DNA of 64,000 nucleotides from Camelus ferus. Lineage: Eukaryota. Of the stretch, positions 12,423-25,625 are shown piece by piece; positions within the stretch are counted from its first letter, which is position 1, and the number at the start of each line of letters is the position of its first letter. The position numbers and the translations under genes were made by a program. Under the pieces are notes generated by a model. It saw nothing but the letters and a program-made list of their open reading frames with translations. It was not told the DNA's origin and did no database searches. Location of the stretch: contig NC_045714.1 in NCBI RefSeq assembly GCF_009834535.1, positions 6,262,001 to 6,326,000 of the forward strand. The letters are read 5' to 3'.

Positions 12423-13479
12423 TGTTCCTAGTCTAGAGTGCTCTGGAATGGGAGTCAGGAGACCTGGGTTCTGGGCCAGCCTGTGCCACTAGACTAGCCA
12501 CGTGACTGGATGGCAGGCCCCCCTGGTCCTTCACCATCTATCTGGGGAAGGGATGAAAACGACAAGTTAGTTTATTTTAATTTGTGTATTAGTTCTAGAA
12601 TGACCCAAGACTCCCACTAGAGCTTGGCTAGGTCATGCATTGTGTCCATCTCCTGGGGGCTTTGTGGTGTTTTAAGCCTCACTGACTCTGGTTGCCATGG
12701 GATGTCACTGTCCTTTTCCTGACACCCCATATGAGGTGTCTCTCTGTGCAAAGACCAGATCTGCATGGCTGCGGCGTGCACTGAGCACTGATGCCTTTGC
12801 TCACTTTCCCCGAGGGAGTTGTTCAGTTCTGGAAGAGTGGGCGTGCACCCTATTCTTTGACGTCTTGCTTCTTATTCTTTGGTTTCATTCATTGGATCAT
12901 GCGACACACATTCATTAAAGACCTTCTCTTTGCCAAGCACTGAGCAAGCACTCGGGATACGAAAGACACATTTCCAGCTTTAGAAGAGCTTCTGTTCGAG
13001 TGAAGGATCCTGCACGTGAGCACATCCACGTGGAGCAAAGTCTGTGTGGGTTAGAGGCTTCCAGCTAAGGCCGCTCTGGGCACCATTCTTTTTCCTGGGA
13101 GGACCCTGCCCCCCCCCCACCCCGGTGCTACCTCAAGTGCCAGCAGCCAGAGCAGTGTACGGTCCCCTTCCTAATAGGTCCTCTCAAGGGAGTGCTGCAG
13201 GGTTAGTTTTGCATCCACACTTGAACGGGCAGAGCTCTGAGTTAGAGCTTTCTGTTCCTTCTGACTCCTCATCTCCTCCCTCCCTCCTCTGGATTGTGGT
13301 TTGTTCTTCAGTTTTTCTTGGCCTCACAGCTTCCAAAGCCTTTATCAACTAATAGGCACTCCGCTTGGAGCTTAATTAAGATCTGTCTCGAGTTCCTTGG
13401 TTGCTTTAGCCGGCCAGAATGTTCTGCTTCTTGCAGGGAGAGGGCACTAGCCTGGCAGTCAGGAACAGCTGGGAGGGCT

Positions 13480-13810
13480 CTGCCCTGCAACACAGTGCGT
13501 GCAAACAGATGTATCTTGCCAGGACTTCCGTGTTTTAAAAAGAATGAATTATGTGCCAATATTTGAAAATCAGATCTCCCATAAAAATTTGGGTTTCTGG
13601 ATTCCCTTGAAAACTAAAAGATGTGCCAATCCTGGACCTACCTTCCTCCCTGGCAGAAACTGACTAGAGCTGGTAGCAGTTTCTTCCTCTAGATGGGATG
13701 TGGGTTCTCTAGTTTGCCGCAGTCCTCACTCCTCCTTGATGTCTAACACGGGGCGCCCTTTACTCATCTGCTTTTCCTTCTGGGCCCCTATAGGCATTTG
13801 AGATTTTAAC
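13480..13810. mobile_element. hAT-Charlie element (MER102-like)
   Basis: ggttctctagtttgccgcagtcc..ggcccctataggcatttgag. Confidence 0.65.
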
Positions 13811-14490
13811 CTTTGTTTTCAACTATTTTTCTCTAAGAGGAGAGACAGCTCATCAGAGCGCTATGCCCTGGCAGAGGCTTAGCAAGGCTCGCAGGGAGGC
13901 TGGGTGTCATTGCTAAAGATTGTGGGGAGATGGGGGAGGGGATAGTCAGGAGGTTGTTGACTATGATCCCAGTTGGTAGAGTCTTAGCATCAATTAACTT
14001 AGATGGTACTAGTACATATAGGGACATATTTAATATGACTATAAAATAATTAAAAAATTAAAATAAACTAACTTATGGAGAGCACTCACAAAGTGCCAGA
14101 AACTGTTCCCAGATTTTACACTTAATTCTCACAGTAACCCTGTGTGGCCAGTACTATTGTGTCCTCCGTTTTAGAGACAAGGGACCTGAGACCCAGGTTA
14201 GTGACTTCTCAGCCAGGAAACAAGAAGCTGTGATTGTGGTGCTGGCAGAATTATCCCGGAACCTCAAGCTTAGCAGGACTGGAGGTGCCGGCAGATGATG
14301 GGTTTTTTACATCGTTGTCTTCTCTGTGTTGTCTCACTTCCTGGGATTGGAGCCTGCTGCTCTCCTGCTCAGAGTCTGTCAGCTTTGAGGCTGTCTTTCC
14401 CTGGCACAGGGTTGGAGTTAGCCAGCCCCGCGGCCTGTGGCTGTGGCCGTTTGATCTGGAGACACGCAGGAATATCAGGCTTTAGCAGGA

Positions 14491-14512
14491 GGGGGACGGG
14501 GTGGGGGTGGGG
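14491..14512 (+). other. G-quadruplex motif
   Basis: G5-AC-G4-T-G5-T-G4 read directly. Confidence 0.6.
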
Positions 14513-16002
14513 CAAGAAGGCAGTGGCCCTGCCAGCCTGGACCAGGTCCCCTCAGATGGCCCACAGATCCCAGGAACGCAGGCCCCACCTGCCAGCCCCT
14601 GGGCATGAGCTCATTCCCCCAGTGTCCCCACATCTGAGGTCACCACCCTCAGCATCCGTCTTGCTGCAGTGGAAGATTTTCGTACCCTTGTCGTTACTTT
14701 GCATTGCTTCTGGGCTGCGTTCCCTCTTATTTCATTTTCATCTGAAATCCTGAGCTCACCCTCAGAGCTGACGGGGACCATTTATTTCCAAGGCTACAGC
14801 CAGTCGGAGGGCAGCCGACAGCTAAGCGGAGTACCCTGGGTTTTTGCCACCTTGTTTTGTTCCTGTAGACAGGGACGGGAGACAGGAGAACATCTTCATT
14901 TTGCAACAGCAAAGCTGTCAGAGCCTTAGAACCTTGACTCTTATCCCCTCTCCCTGAGAGGGCACTGCGCTGGAGGACTCTGTCCCTCCATCTTTTGTCT
15001 TGACCCAAAACCTTGGAGAACACAGTGTGTGCTTTGCAAGTGTCTTGTCAAGTGCCCCTGGAGCGTCCTAGTTGGCTCCAAGAGACGGTGTTGTCAGACC
15101 TTCTCTCATTGTTCAGATAGTAAAACAAAGCCCAGAGAGGGCAAGAGATTTGTGGGGGGTTGCACAGCAAGTGAGTGGCTGAGCAAGGCTGACAGGCTCC
15201 AGCTCTTTTATATTATACCAGCCACCCTCTTTGGAATCTCAGAAGGACAAGCCTCAAGAGATCCCTTCCCTATGCACCAACCATCTGGAAGGCTCTACAG
15301 CCAGCCCTTCATGAGGCTGCTCCTCCTCTGTCATTTTTAGCTCAGTTGTTTCCTCCTCAGAGAAGCTGCTTCTGATGTCTTCTTTTAAAGGAACCCCTCT
15401 GTCCCCATCTCATCCTTTCACATCGTCTATTTTCTGCATCCTCAGATAGGTACCCCAGATGACCTATCAGAGTTTCATTTACATTTGTATTGTCCTTCCC
15501 CCAGAATGCAAGCTCCCTGGGGGCAGGGACCAAGCCTAGTGTCTGTTTTATTGACATGCTCTCTCAAGCACCTGGCACACGTAACTCTATCTAGAAGGAA
15601 GAAATAAACCTATCCAGGTGGTTTTCTGGGACTTCAAATGATCCTTAGGCAAAGAAGCAGTTTTTGGTAAACAGTGAAAATTTGAATGTCTGTGAAATCG
15701 CTTTCATTTGCTTTAGGTAAGATTTTATTTGTGGAAACAAAGCCCATTCCTAAAAGTGCTTTGCGGTCATACGGTGCCTCTAGCCGCACTTTAACTTGTT
15801 CATCTGACACTGTCTGCTGAACTCCGTGTCAGTGCCACGCCCCGTGGAAGGTTCTGGGTGTGCAGAGGCGAGGAGAAGCCTGGGTTCTCCAGGATTCTTC
15901 TCAAATTGGTTTCACCACAAAGGAGAAGCTATTGGTTTCCTTGGTTGAAAAGGCGAGGGTTTGGTCTGCCTGACTCCAAAGCCCATGTTCTTTAAAACCC
16001 AC

Positions 16003-16480
16003 TTAAAAAATTATGGTGTAATTTACATACAGTGAAATGTGAAGATGGTTAATGTGTGGTTTGATTCATTTTGACAAATGCATGTACCTGTATAACTCCT
16101 GCACCTGTCAAGGTACAGAGCCCTTCCATGACCCCAGAAGTTCCCTCCTAGCCCTGCAACCTCAGGGGCAACCGTTGTTTCAAGTTCTTTCACCACATTA
16201 GCTTTGCGTCTCCTGGAATTTCCTGTGCGTGGAATCTTATCCAGTGGACTCTTTTGGGTCTGCCTTCTTTGGCTCAGCAGAAAGTTCAGTGCTCAACTTT
16301 GAACTTTGCGTGTTGTTGCAAATATCAATAGTTTGTTCCTTTTCATTGCTGAATCGTGTTCCATTGTGTGACTATGCCACATTTTGTTTCTCCACTCGTC
16401 TGGCCCGTTGATGGGTGTTCGGGTGTTTCTAGTTATGGACTTCTGTAATACAGTGCCGAGAGCACTTCAAGGGGGGAGAG
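16003..16480 (-). mobile_element. Old L1 (L1M) 3' fragment
   Basis: gtgtaatttacatacagtgaaatg..tttgacaaatgcat..gttccattgtgtga: antisense L1 3'UTR/ORF2 end. Confidence 0.75.
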
Positions 16481-17379
16481 AAGTCCCCCTTCTCTTGCTC
16501 TGCCAGATGTTTGCTTGTGGTGGTCAAATATCGCACTCTCTACGTCACAGAGGAGGAAACAGAGGCTTACCGAAGTGAAGGTCTCGTGTAACCTCTGCCC
16601 TGGGCTTGGCATTTGCTGTCCAGTCTCAGATGAGTCAAGGAGCATCCTCAGACTACCAGCAGCTTTTGGGGATGTCAGGAGGGTGGGAGCGGTTGGAAAT
16701 TAGAAGTACCTCGGTTGGACTGTTGCCAGGAGAGCTGACCCACGGTAGTTCCGTCAGCGCTGAGCAGAGTCCTGGCTTGAGGGGGCATCATCCCGCTGGC
16801 TGACCCTTGGGGGTCTCTGAGCAGCTGCCAGTGGGAGGCCCTTGTCTGGCTCTGGACAACCCAGTGGGTTACTTACTTGGTGGTGGATGGTCTGCAGGGG
16901 TGGGCTTGGCTTTTGCGGCTCTCTTGATGCTGACTCAAATCCTATTCTTGGTCCCCTCAAGTCTGGTCCCTCAGTCTGCTGGTGTAGTCGCGGTCCCTCC
17001 AGCCACCCCTGGGATCAAGATCTCTGGCAACTTCTCTGTTCTCTTTTCATACCATTATTACAGCATCCGCCTAATGCTTTATTCCCGTTGGGGCCTCCCA
17101 TTTGTTTTCAAGAGATTCCTTTTGAAGTAAGGAAAAAAAAAAAGCACCTTATCAATTTCTCCTTTCTTTTCTACTGAAACAGTTTTAATTCTCTTTCACA
17201 CAATGTGGATCCTTCTGACTTATCGGGGCAGTCTTGTACGGGAAGGGTGGGCCGAGAAGGCAACGAAAACATAAAGACTCCTGTTTCAAGATAGTATATA
17301 TGGTGGCATTTAGAAGTTGTGGGATAGGCTTGGGGAAGAACTGGGGTCCCCAGGTTCATGCTCTCCTCAGTCAAGTCAC

Positions 17380-18310
17380 TGAATATTTATTAAGCACCTA
17401 CTATGTGCCAAATGCTTTGCTGACCCCCAGACCCTGAGTGCTTAAAGGATATACTCTCTTCTCAGTGGTAAGGTGGTAGCTCTCGCCTTTACTTCCACAG
17501 GGGCTAGAATGAAAAATCTTTTGGGGAAAAGAAAAAAAAAAACGAGCTCTCAACAGTAGCAGTAGTTTGTGCATTCCTTGGTCCACCCATTTATTCATCT
17601 TTAAACAAACATTTTTTGAGCACCTGCTATGAGCCAAGTCTTCTCCTGGATCCTTGGGGACTTGGCTTCGGCCCTGACAGGTCAGGTCTCTGTATTCATG
17701 TACTTTGAATACTTGTGTCTGAGAGAGGCAGTCAATGAGTAAACAGATACACGTGTAATGACAGATGATGATTGACGAAGCAGGGCAGAGTAAAGCAGTG
17801 AGGGTTTGAGAACAATGGGGCAGCTCTGGGGAATGATGTGATGTCTGGGGCTGACAACACTCAGCTCCCTCAGTCATCCTTTCTGGAAGTGCGTGGAGCT
17901 GAGTCGCAGATCCTTTCTCCATGCATCCTGGCCCTTGTGTTCATTTTCTACCAGTTATCATCACCCTCACCCTGTTCTCTTTGGCTCCCACCCCACCTGC
18001 ATTCTCCTAAGTCCAGCCTATCACCTGGGGCTGTCAACCCGCTCGTGCCCTGGGCCACCCCTTCCTCATCTGCTCCAGCTGCCCTTGCTCCAACACACCA
18101 GGGGTCTGGAAATTCTTCCCCAAGATATCTGCAAGACTTAATCACTTACTCGTTTTTAGATCTTTGCTCAAATATCACCTTCATGGTGAAGTCTTTGCTG
18201 GTCATCCAGTTTACAGTTACAACCACCCCATCCTGACCCCGAGACCTTTCCATCCTCCATCCCATTTTCTTTTTCTTCTTAGCAAATTTTTATCATCATT
18301 TGACATACTG
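17380..18310. mobile_element. L2 fragments
   Basis: gaatatttattaagcacctactatgtgcc, tttttgagcacctgctatg, tgctcaaatatcaccttc. Confidence 0.6.
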
Positions 18311-19900
18311 CACATTTTGATTAGCTGGGACGAGGGGAGGGAGCGCTGTGGGGTCAGAGAGCTGTCTTGCGAGAACCCATGACCTTCAGTTGAGGGACCA
18401 GGCAGCCTGATGAACTCATCCTCTCCTCACTCCCTCTGGTCTTGCTGAGGCTCCCCATTGGCCAGGCCCAATCAGAAGATGGAGGCAGGTACTTGGCCTC
18501 TAAGTGGGGGAGAAGGGTGGAGAAGGTGATCTGGAGAGGGAAATGGCCTTCAAACTCTTGTTTGGAGCCGTAGGGTTTTACTAAAGAGGTTTGGTGCTGT
18601 CACAGTGGACAAGGGGTGACCCAGTGGGCTGGACCTTGATCAGGCCAGCAACATTTCCATGAGTACACGTGTGGTGGAGAGAAGGTGAAGAATTACAAGA
18701 CCTGACTTTGAACTTCAGCTGTCCCACCGACTGGGGTGACTTTGGACAAATCACTGTGCCTTCTGAGCCCAGAGACTCGTCTGCTAAATGCAGCTAAAAT
18801 TGCCTGTTCAGCATCCCTCTCCAGATGGTTGTGAAGTTTCAGTGAGGTGCTGGATGTGGAAGTGCTTTGCAAATGGCAGAGTCTCGGACAAAATTGGTTG
18901 CTTTAATTTTGTGCCAGCACGTTGCCTTTGTTGACTCGGGAATTCCAAGTCTAGATGCAAAATGGGTTTACTGGTCATCGTGAGGATCTGGGAACGACAG
19001 ATGTTTTCAGCCCCACTGAGTCACTTGAATTGGTTTCTGATGGAAAGATCTGCAAAATTCGTAAGCTCCTAGGTGTGGGCAGTTCTGTTACCCATCAGTA
19101 TGCAGGATCCCTGGTTTTTGCTGGGGGCCTGTAGACAAGATCTTGATTCCAGCTTCTAATAAAAGCTTCAAGCAGTGATCAGATATTTTCTCCTCCTCTC
19201 TGCCTCCCTCCAGCCAGATGGAGCACGTCTCCTGGGGTGAGGGAGGACAACAGGGTGGTGGACAGAGCTGCAGGAAGAGTGTGGGGCAAGCTGCCCTCCA
19301 TCTTTTTTTGTTCCGGGGCTCACATGCTGTCTGCAGCAGGTAGGAGACCCCCCACGGCCAGAGCCCTGTGGTCCCCGCTCCAAGGGGAGCAGAGAACATT
19401 GCTGTGGTTGCCAAGGCGTTTAGCTACAGAGGGCACGGGTCTTTAGAAATCTGGGCCACTGGCTCGGTGTGAAGTCGGCTGGTGGGCACGACGCGGCTAA
19501 TTGCTGGGATTTGGCATCGGTGCTGGGTACAGGCATTGTACCAAGCGCCAGGGTTAGGGCGGCTCTCAGCCAGCCGCCGCCGCCTGCTGCCAGTCCCCGG
19601 CTTTGATAACGATAATCATGTCTGTTCTTGGGGGTGGCGAAAGAGGCCTCCTTTTTCTCTGTTTGGCAGCTTATTGAATCTCTCCTCATTTCCAGCGATG
19701 AGGTCTCGTGGTCCAGCGGCTTGAACTGTAGCCTGGGCAGAGGCAATCTGAGTGTTAGTCTCAGCTCTGCCACTCCCTCATTCTGCGTCTTTGTACAAGT
19801 TGCTTTCTTTTCTGGGGCTCCGTTTACGCCTTGGTAAAATGAGTAAGTTGTGCTGTGATATGTGAGGCTTCTTCCAATTTGAATACCTTGTGTTTCTAGG

Positions 19901-19924
19901 CCGGGTTTCTTAGCCTGGGTGCTA
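19901..19924 (-). mobile_element. MER20, left part (interrupted by Tigger1)
   Basis: ccgggtttcttagcctgggtgcta matches the MER20 terminus CAGGGTTTCTCAACCTCGGCACTA. Confidence 0.75.
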
Positions 19925-22245
19925 CAGGAGACCTCGTTTTAACTGTGCTCTGCTTAGTGCACTTCACAGATTTTTTTTTTTTTTTTTAACAATTGAATGT
20001 TTGTAGTAACCCTGCATCGAGCAAGTCTGTTGGTGCCATTCCTCCAACAGCATCTGCTCACTTCGTGTCTCTGTGTCCTGTTTTGCTAATTCTTGCAGTA
20101 TTTCAGCCTGTTTCATTATTGTTGTATTTGTCATGGTGATTTGTGATCAGTCATCTTTGATGTTACTGCTGTGGTACTGGGGCACCACAGACCGTTCCCC
20201 GTGTAAGACGAGGCACTTAACTGATAGATGCTGCGTGTGTTCTGACTGCTCCGCTCCCCCATCTCTCTCCCTCTCCCCTGGGACACAACAACACTGAAAT
20301 TAGGCCAATTAATAATCCAGCAACGGCCTCTGAGTGTTCAAGTGAAAGGAAGAGTTGCTTGTGCCTCGGTTTAAATCAAAAGCTAGACGTGATGAAGCTT
20401 CGTGAGGAAGGCGTGCTAAGAGCTGAGACAGGCTGAAAGGTAGCCAGGCTGTGAAGGCAAAGTTCTTGAAGGAAATGAAAAGTGCTGCTCCAGTGAACAC
20501 ACGGATGATAATAGCGCAACAGCCTGGTTNNNNNNNNNNNNNNNNNNNNNNNNNNNNNNNNNNNNNNNNNNNNNNNNNNNNNNNNNNNNNNNNNNNNNNN
20601 NNNNNNNNNNNNNNNNNNNNNNNNNNNNNNNNNNNNNNNNNNNNNNNNNNNNNNNNNNNNNNNNNNNNNNNNNNNNNNNTAGCTAGCAGAGGTTGGTAAA
20701 GGAGGTTTAAGGAAAGAAGCCATTTCCAGGACATCAAAGTGCAGGAGGAAGCAGCCAGTGCTGATGTGGGAGCTGCAGCCAGTTACCCGGGAGATCCAGC
20801 CGAGANNNNNNNNNNNNNNNNNNNNNNNNNNNNNNNNNNNNNNNNNNNNNNNNNNNNNNNNNNNNNNNNNNNNNNNNNNNNNNNNNNNNNNNNNNNNNNN
20901 NNNNNNNNNNNNNNNNNNNNNNNNNNNNNNNNNNNNNNNNNNNNNNNNNNNNNNNNNNNNNNNNNNNNNNNNNNNNNNNNNNNNNNNNNNNNNNNNNNNN
21001 NNNNNNNNNNNNNNNNNNNNNNNNNNNNNNNNNNNNNNNNNNNNNNNNNNNNNNCTACCTGTGCTCTAGAAATGGAAGAATAAAGCCTGAGTGACTGCAC
21101 ATCTGTTTGCAACATGGTTTACTGAATATTTTAAGCCCACTGTTGAGGCTTACTGCTCAGAAAAAGAGATCCCTTTCAAAAATACTACTGCTCATTGGCG
21201 ATGCACTTGGTGTTCCAAGAGCTCCGAAGATGCACGACCAGATTAATATTGTTTTCTTGTCTGCTAACGCAACAACCATTCTGCAGCCCATGGATCGAGG
21301 AGTAATTTTGACTTTCAAGTCTTATTCTTTAAGAAATGCATTTCATCAGACTGTAGCTGCCACAGAGAGTGAGGCTTCTGATAGATCCGGGCAGAGAAAA
21401 TCAAAAAGGACTCTCCATTCTAGATGCTACGAGGAACAAGNNNNNNNNNNNNNNNNNNNNNNNNNNNNNNNNNNNNNNNNNNNNNNNNNNNNNNNNNNNN
21501 NNNNNNNNNNNNNNNNNNNNNNNNNNNNNNNNNNNNNNNNNNNNNNNNNNNNNNNNNNNNNNNNNNNNNNNNNNNNNGGGCCTGAAGACGTGACTGGACA
21601 GCTTCAGTCTCACGATCAAACTTTCCTGAATGAGAAGTTGCTTCTTGTGGATGAGCAGAGAAAGTGGTTTCTTGAGATGGAATCTGCTCTTGGTGAAGAC
21701 TGCTGTGAAGATTGTTGGAATCACAACAAAGGATTTCGAATCCGACATACACGTAGTTGATAAAGCAGCCGCAAAGTTGGGGAGGATTGACTCCAACTTT
21801 GAAAGTTCTGCTGTGGGTAAAATGGTACCAAATAACGCGGCACGCTACAGAGAAAGGAGACTCATCAGTGCGGCAGACCTCATGGTTGTCTTCTTTTAAG
21901 AAATTGCTGCAGCCACCCCTTCAGCTACCACCGCCCTGATCAGTCAGCAGCCACCAACATCGAGGCAAGACCCTCCACCAGCAAAAAGGTCACAAGTCGC
22001 TGAGGTCTCAGGAGAAGGTTAGCTTTTTTTTTTTTTTTTTTAGCAATACAGTATTTTTCAGTTAAGGTATATGCAATGCCCTTTTAGGCATACTGCTATC
22101 GCACACTTAATAAGCTACAGGACAGTGTAAACATAACTTTTACATGCACTGGGAAACCAGAAAATTTGTGTGACTCACTTTATTGCCTTATTTGCTTTAT
22201 TGTTGTGATCTGAAACTGAACCCACAACATTCCAAAGTTTGCCTG
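19925..22245 (+). mobile_element. Near full-length Tigger1 (pogo/TcMar) DNA transposon, inactive
   Basis: Both termini present (caggagacctcg.. / ..gtttgcctg) with TA duplication at 19923-24 and 22246-47; transposase remnant KILLL..SANATTILQPMDRGVI..FKSY; start ATG>ACG at 20323; +1 frameshift in A5 at 21178-82. Confidence 0.95.
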
Positions 22246-22450
22246 TATTGACCTTTGGGGCAGGGGTGTTCCTGGTTGTGAGGGGCCGTCCTGTGCATTG
22301 TCAGGGGTTCAGCAGCATCTCTGGTCTCTACCCACTGTGTGAAAGTAACACCCGCCCTGAAGGTCATGACAAACAAAAATGACTCCAATAAAAAATAATG
22401 GCAAACATCCCTGGAGAGCAAAATTGTGTCTAGTTAGGTTAAGAACTCTG
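22246..22450 (-). mobile_element. MER20, right part
   Basis: tattgacc..ggccgtcctgtgcattg..ggtctctacccact..ggttaagaactctg continues the MER20 consensus at the break point. Confidence 0.85.
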
Positions 22451-22991
22451 ATTTTGGGTGCAGGCTGAATGTTGTGCAGGTTGTGGGAAGCGTTCTCCTG
22501 GGTATTACTCTGGAGGATAAATTATTGCCATGTTGTCATTGTTATTAATCATTTCTCTCTCTCAGTATATATAGAAGACCATGTACTATGGTGCTGGACA
22601 CCGGGAGTATAAACTTGAAGCAGACAGACCTGTCCCTACCCACACGAAGCCCATGTTCTAGAGGGGGCTTGGGGACAAGGAGACAATATTCATGTAACCA
22701 CATAAGTGAGAAGGCAGTTTGAAATCTCACCTTTAAAAAGGCGATGTGATGGAGTGCTTCATGGTGCCTAATTAATTTTCTTATTTAACAATGTTGAAAT
22801 TTAACACACTAAGTATCAAGTCATTAAGTAATCTGTCCAGAGCATACGAAGCATTAGGTAACATATCCAGAAATAGGACTCAAAATATATATTTTTTGGT
22901 TTCAGAATAGATAGATGCTAGGCAGGAAAAATCCTTTGAATTCCTAAGCTTTGTAAAATTTATTGAGGAATAAGTAACCTTATTCAAAGTC

Positions 22992-23432
22992 CGGATTAGT
23001 TTCTAGAGGCCGTGATAACAAAGTACCACAAACCAGGTGGCATAAAACAACAGAAATGTATTCGCTCGTCGTTCTGGGGGCCAGAGCCTGAAGTCAGTGT
23101 ATCAGCAGGGCCACGCTCCCTCCAGAGTCTCGAGGGGAGAGGTCTTCCTTCATTTTCCAGCACCTGGAGGCTCCTTGGCCTGTGGGAGCATCGCTTGAGT
23201 CTCTGCCTCTGTCCTCACATGGCCTCTTCCCTCTTGTACCTCTGTGTCCAAATCTCTCTCTCTTTTCCTTTATACTGATGCTAGACTTAGGGCCCACTAT
23301 AATCTAGTGTGACCTCATCTTAACTTGATTACGTCTGCAAAGACTGTATTTCCAACTAAGGTCACATTCACAGGCACTGGGGATTAGCTCTGGAATATGT
23401 CTTTTTGAGGGGACACAGTTCAGCCCAGTGCA
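22992..23432 (-). mobile_element. MaLR solo LTR (MLT1B/C-like)
   Basis: aacaaagtaccacaaacc..aaacaacagaaatgtatt..gacctcatcttaactt..ggggacacagttcagccc. Confidence 0.85.
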
Positions 23433-23725
23433 AAGGTCAAGACTGATTCGTCAGTCATGGCTAAGGAAAAGTGAAATCGCATCCCGCTGCTCTGTGTCTT
23501 GGAGATAAGCCGCTGAGAATCAAGCCCAGTTTCTGGTGTAACAACACCAAGAGGAGCAGGCCCGTCTTCAATTCCAGCTCTGTGGTTACAGGTACTCTGT
23601 GTGCACAGCTCTCCTGTCCCTCCCCCACGGTCGAGTTCTTCTAGCAAAACCCAGATCCTGATTCCATCCAGCCGTCCCCAGCTGCACCCATGCTGAACAG
23701 TGCCTGGATAAAGACACACAGCTGT

Positions 23726-24332
23726 ACCACTTATAATAGCCAAGACATGGGAGCAACCTAAATGTCTATAGACAGATGAATGGATAAAGAAGATGTGATG
23801 TATATATATGTAGAAAGGAATATTACTCAGCCATAAAAAGAATAAAATAATGCCATTTGCAGCAACATAGATGGACCTAGAGATGACCTAGCAAATCATA
23901 CAGAGAAAGACAAATATTATATGATATCACTTATATGTGGAATCTAAAAAAATGATACAGATGAACTTCTTTATAAAACAGAAATAGACTCATAGACATA
24001 GAAAGCAAACTTGTGGTTACCAAAGGGGGAAGAGGAAGGAGAGGGATAAATTAGGAGTTTGGAATTAACAGGTACACAATACTCTGTAAAAAATTGATGA
24101 ACAACAAGAACCTACTGTATTAGCAAAGGGAACTATAGTCAATATCTTGCAGTAACGTATAATGGAAAGAATCTGAGAGAGAATATTTATGAATGTATAT
24201 ATGTGTGTGTGTGTATTTATATATATACACATATAAATAAATATATAAATAAAATTAAGTCACTTTGCTCTACGCCAGAAACTAACAAAACATTGTAAAT
24301 CAACTGTACTTCAATAAAAATGAAAACAACAT
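23726..24332 (+). mobile_element. 5'-truncated L1 (cetartiodactyl-type 3' end) with 12-bp target-site duplication
   Basis: ORF2 end (aatagccaagacatggg..tactcagccataaaaag) plus 3'UTR and A-rich tail; acacacagctgt duplicated at 23714-25 and 24333-44. Confidence 0.92.
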
Positions 24333-24379
24333 ACACACAGCTGTGCTGAGAGTCTTTTAAAATTTACACATACAAGCCT

Positions 24380-25090
24380 TCAGTGGACCCTCAGCAATGC
24401 CAGTCCCACCCCACTTCCTCGATCCGTTTATCCGCCTTCTACTCAGGATTAATTACTATTTTGCATTTTCCCCTCCATCCTCAATTTTTCATATGCTCGC
24501 ACACTCCTTACTCTCAGCTGACAACGTGGCGTCTTACTTTCCTGAGAGAATAGGAGCCATCAGAAAGAACTGCCCTCAGCACACCTGCGCCTGTGGCCAC
24601 ACACCCCACCTTTTCTCCCTCCTGCATCATCACCCAACTTCACTTGTGCCCTGGAACCCACCCCCTTTTGTTGAGGACTTTATTCCCGCATTTATCACCC
24701 CTCCAGCTCCTGTATTCTCTCCCCACACCCTTCAATTTTGAAAGGAACCCTCTGCCTTCATCCCTTGCCCTCTCTAATCACCCTTCCAGTTTCCTCCTTC
24801 TCTTGACAGCGACACCCTTGAGTTGTACTTACCTGTGTCTCCAGTTCTTTCCCCGCCCATTGTCTTTTGAAACACTCCATCTGCTCAAGAGAATCACAGA
24901 CTCTCAGCAGCATTTGACACAGGTGATCTTGTCCTTGAACTACATTCTTCTCTGCTTCGGGGACCTCAGGTGATCCTGGCTTCCCACCAAACCTCCCCGA
25001 CGGCTCTTCCCCAGCCTTCTTTGCTGGCTCCTTCTCTTCCTCCTGATTTCTGAATACTGGAGTAAGTCATGACTTAGCGTTTGTCTCTCT
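24380..25090 (+). mobile_element. L2 internal fragment
   Basis: Pyrimidine-rich L2 ORF2-like text (ctctcagctgacaac..tactttcctgagagaataggagccatcagaaagaact). Confidence 0.65.
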
Positions 25091-25529
25091 CCTGTCCCCC
25101 AGCCACATACAGAAGTATGTGATACCTGGGAGCTATGGTTACGCCAGGAAGTGCTAGCAATTATTGTGTATGCAGTATAAGCGAGGCGGTGCTTGGTATT
25201 CTTCCGTATCATCGTGTGGATTCCTCAGGGTAACCCAGCAAGGGAATTGGGGTACCCCCCTGCTTACTCAAATGAGAAAACTGAGGGGCGGAGCTTAGTC
25301 GTGGCCCAAGGTCTCAGGGCTACTGAGAGGCAGAGGCAGAAAATGAATCCAGGAAAGTCACCTCCCAAATTAAGGGGCTTACCTGCCTTGCTTTCTCACA
25401 ACCAGGCCTCACCTGGAGGCCAGCGAACCAGACTGGGTCACCCTGTGGTGGGTCATCTTCCGGACTGGCTTTAGCGTTTATTGATCTAGTGCAAAATGGA
25501 AAGGAGGGGTTTTTATTTTTAAAATATTA

Positions 25530-25625
25530 AGAATTTTAAGATGGCAGCAGCAGAGCATTCGCCCAAGCACACAGGGCCCTCCCGAACAGGGGCCCACAGG
25601 TCACATGCCCATGACCTGGCCCTGG
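25530..25625 (-). mobile_element. hAT-Tip100 MITE (MER45A-like)
   Basis: aagaattttaagatggcagcagcagagcatt..cacaggtcacatgcccatga..tggccctg. Confidence 0.7.

Noticed and set aside
21107-21760. 217-aa ORF as a domesticated transposase (TIGD-like gene)
   Set aside because: Lies in an ordinary Tigger1 copy with a lost start codon, a frameshift, an altered DNAPGH catalytic motif and N-filled segments
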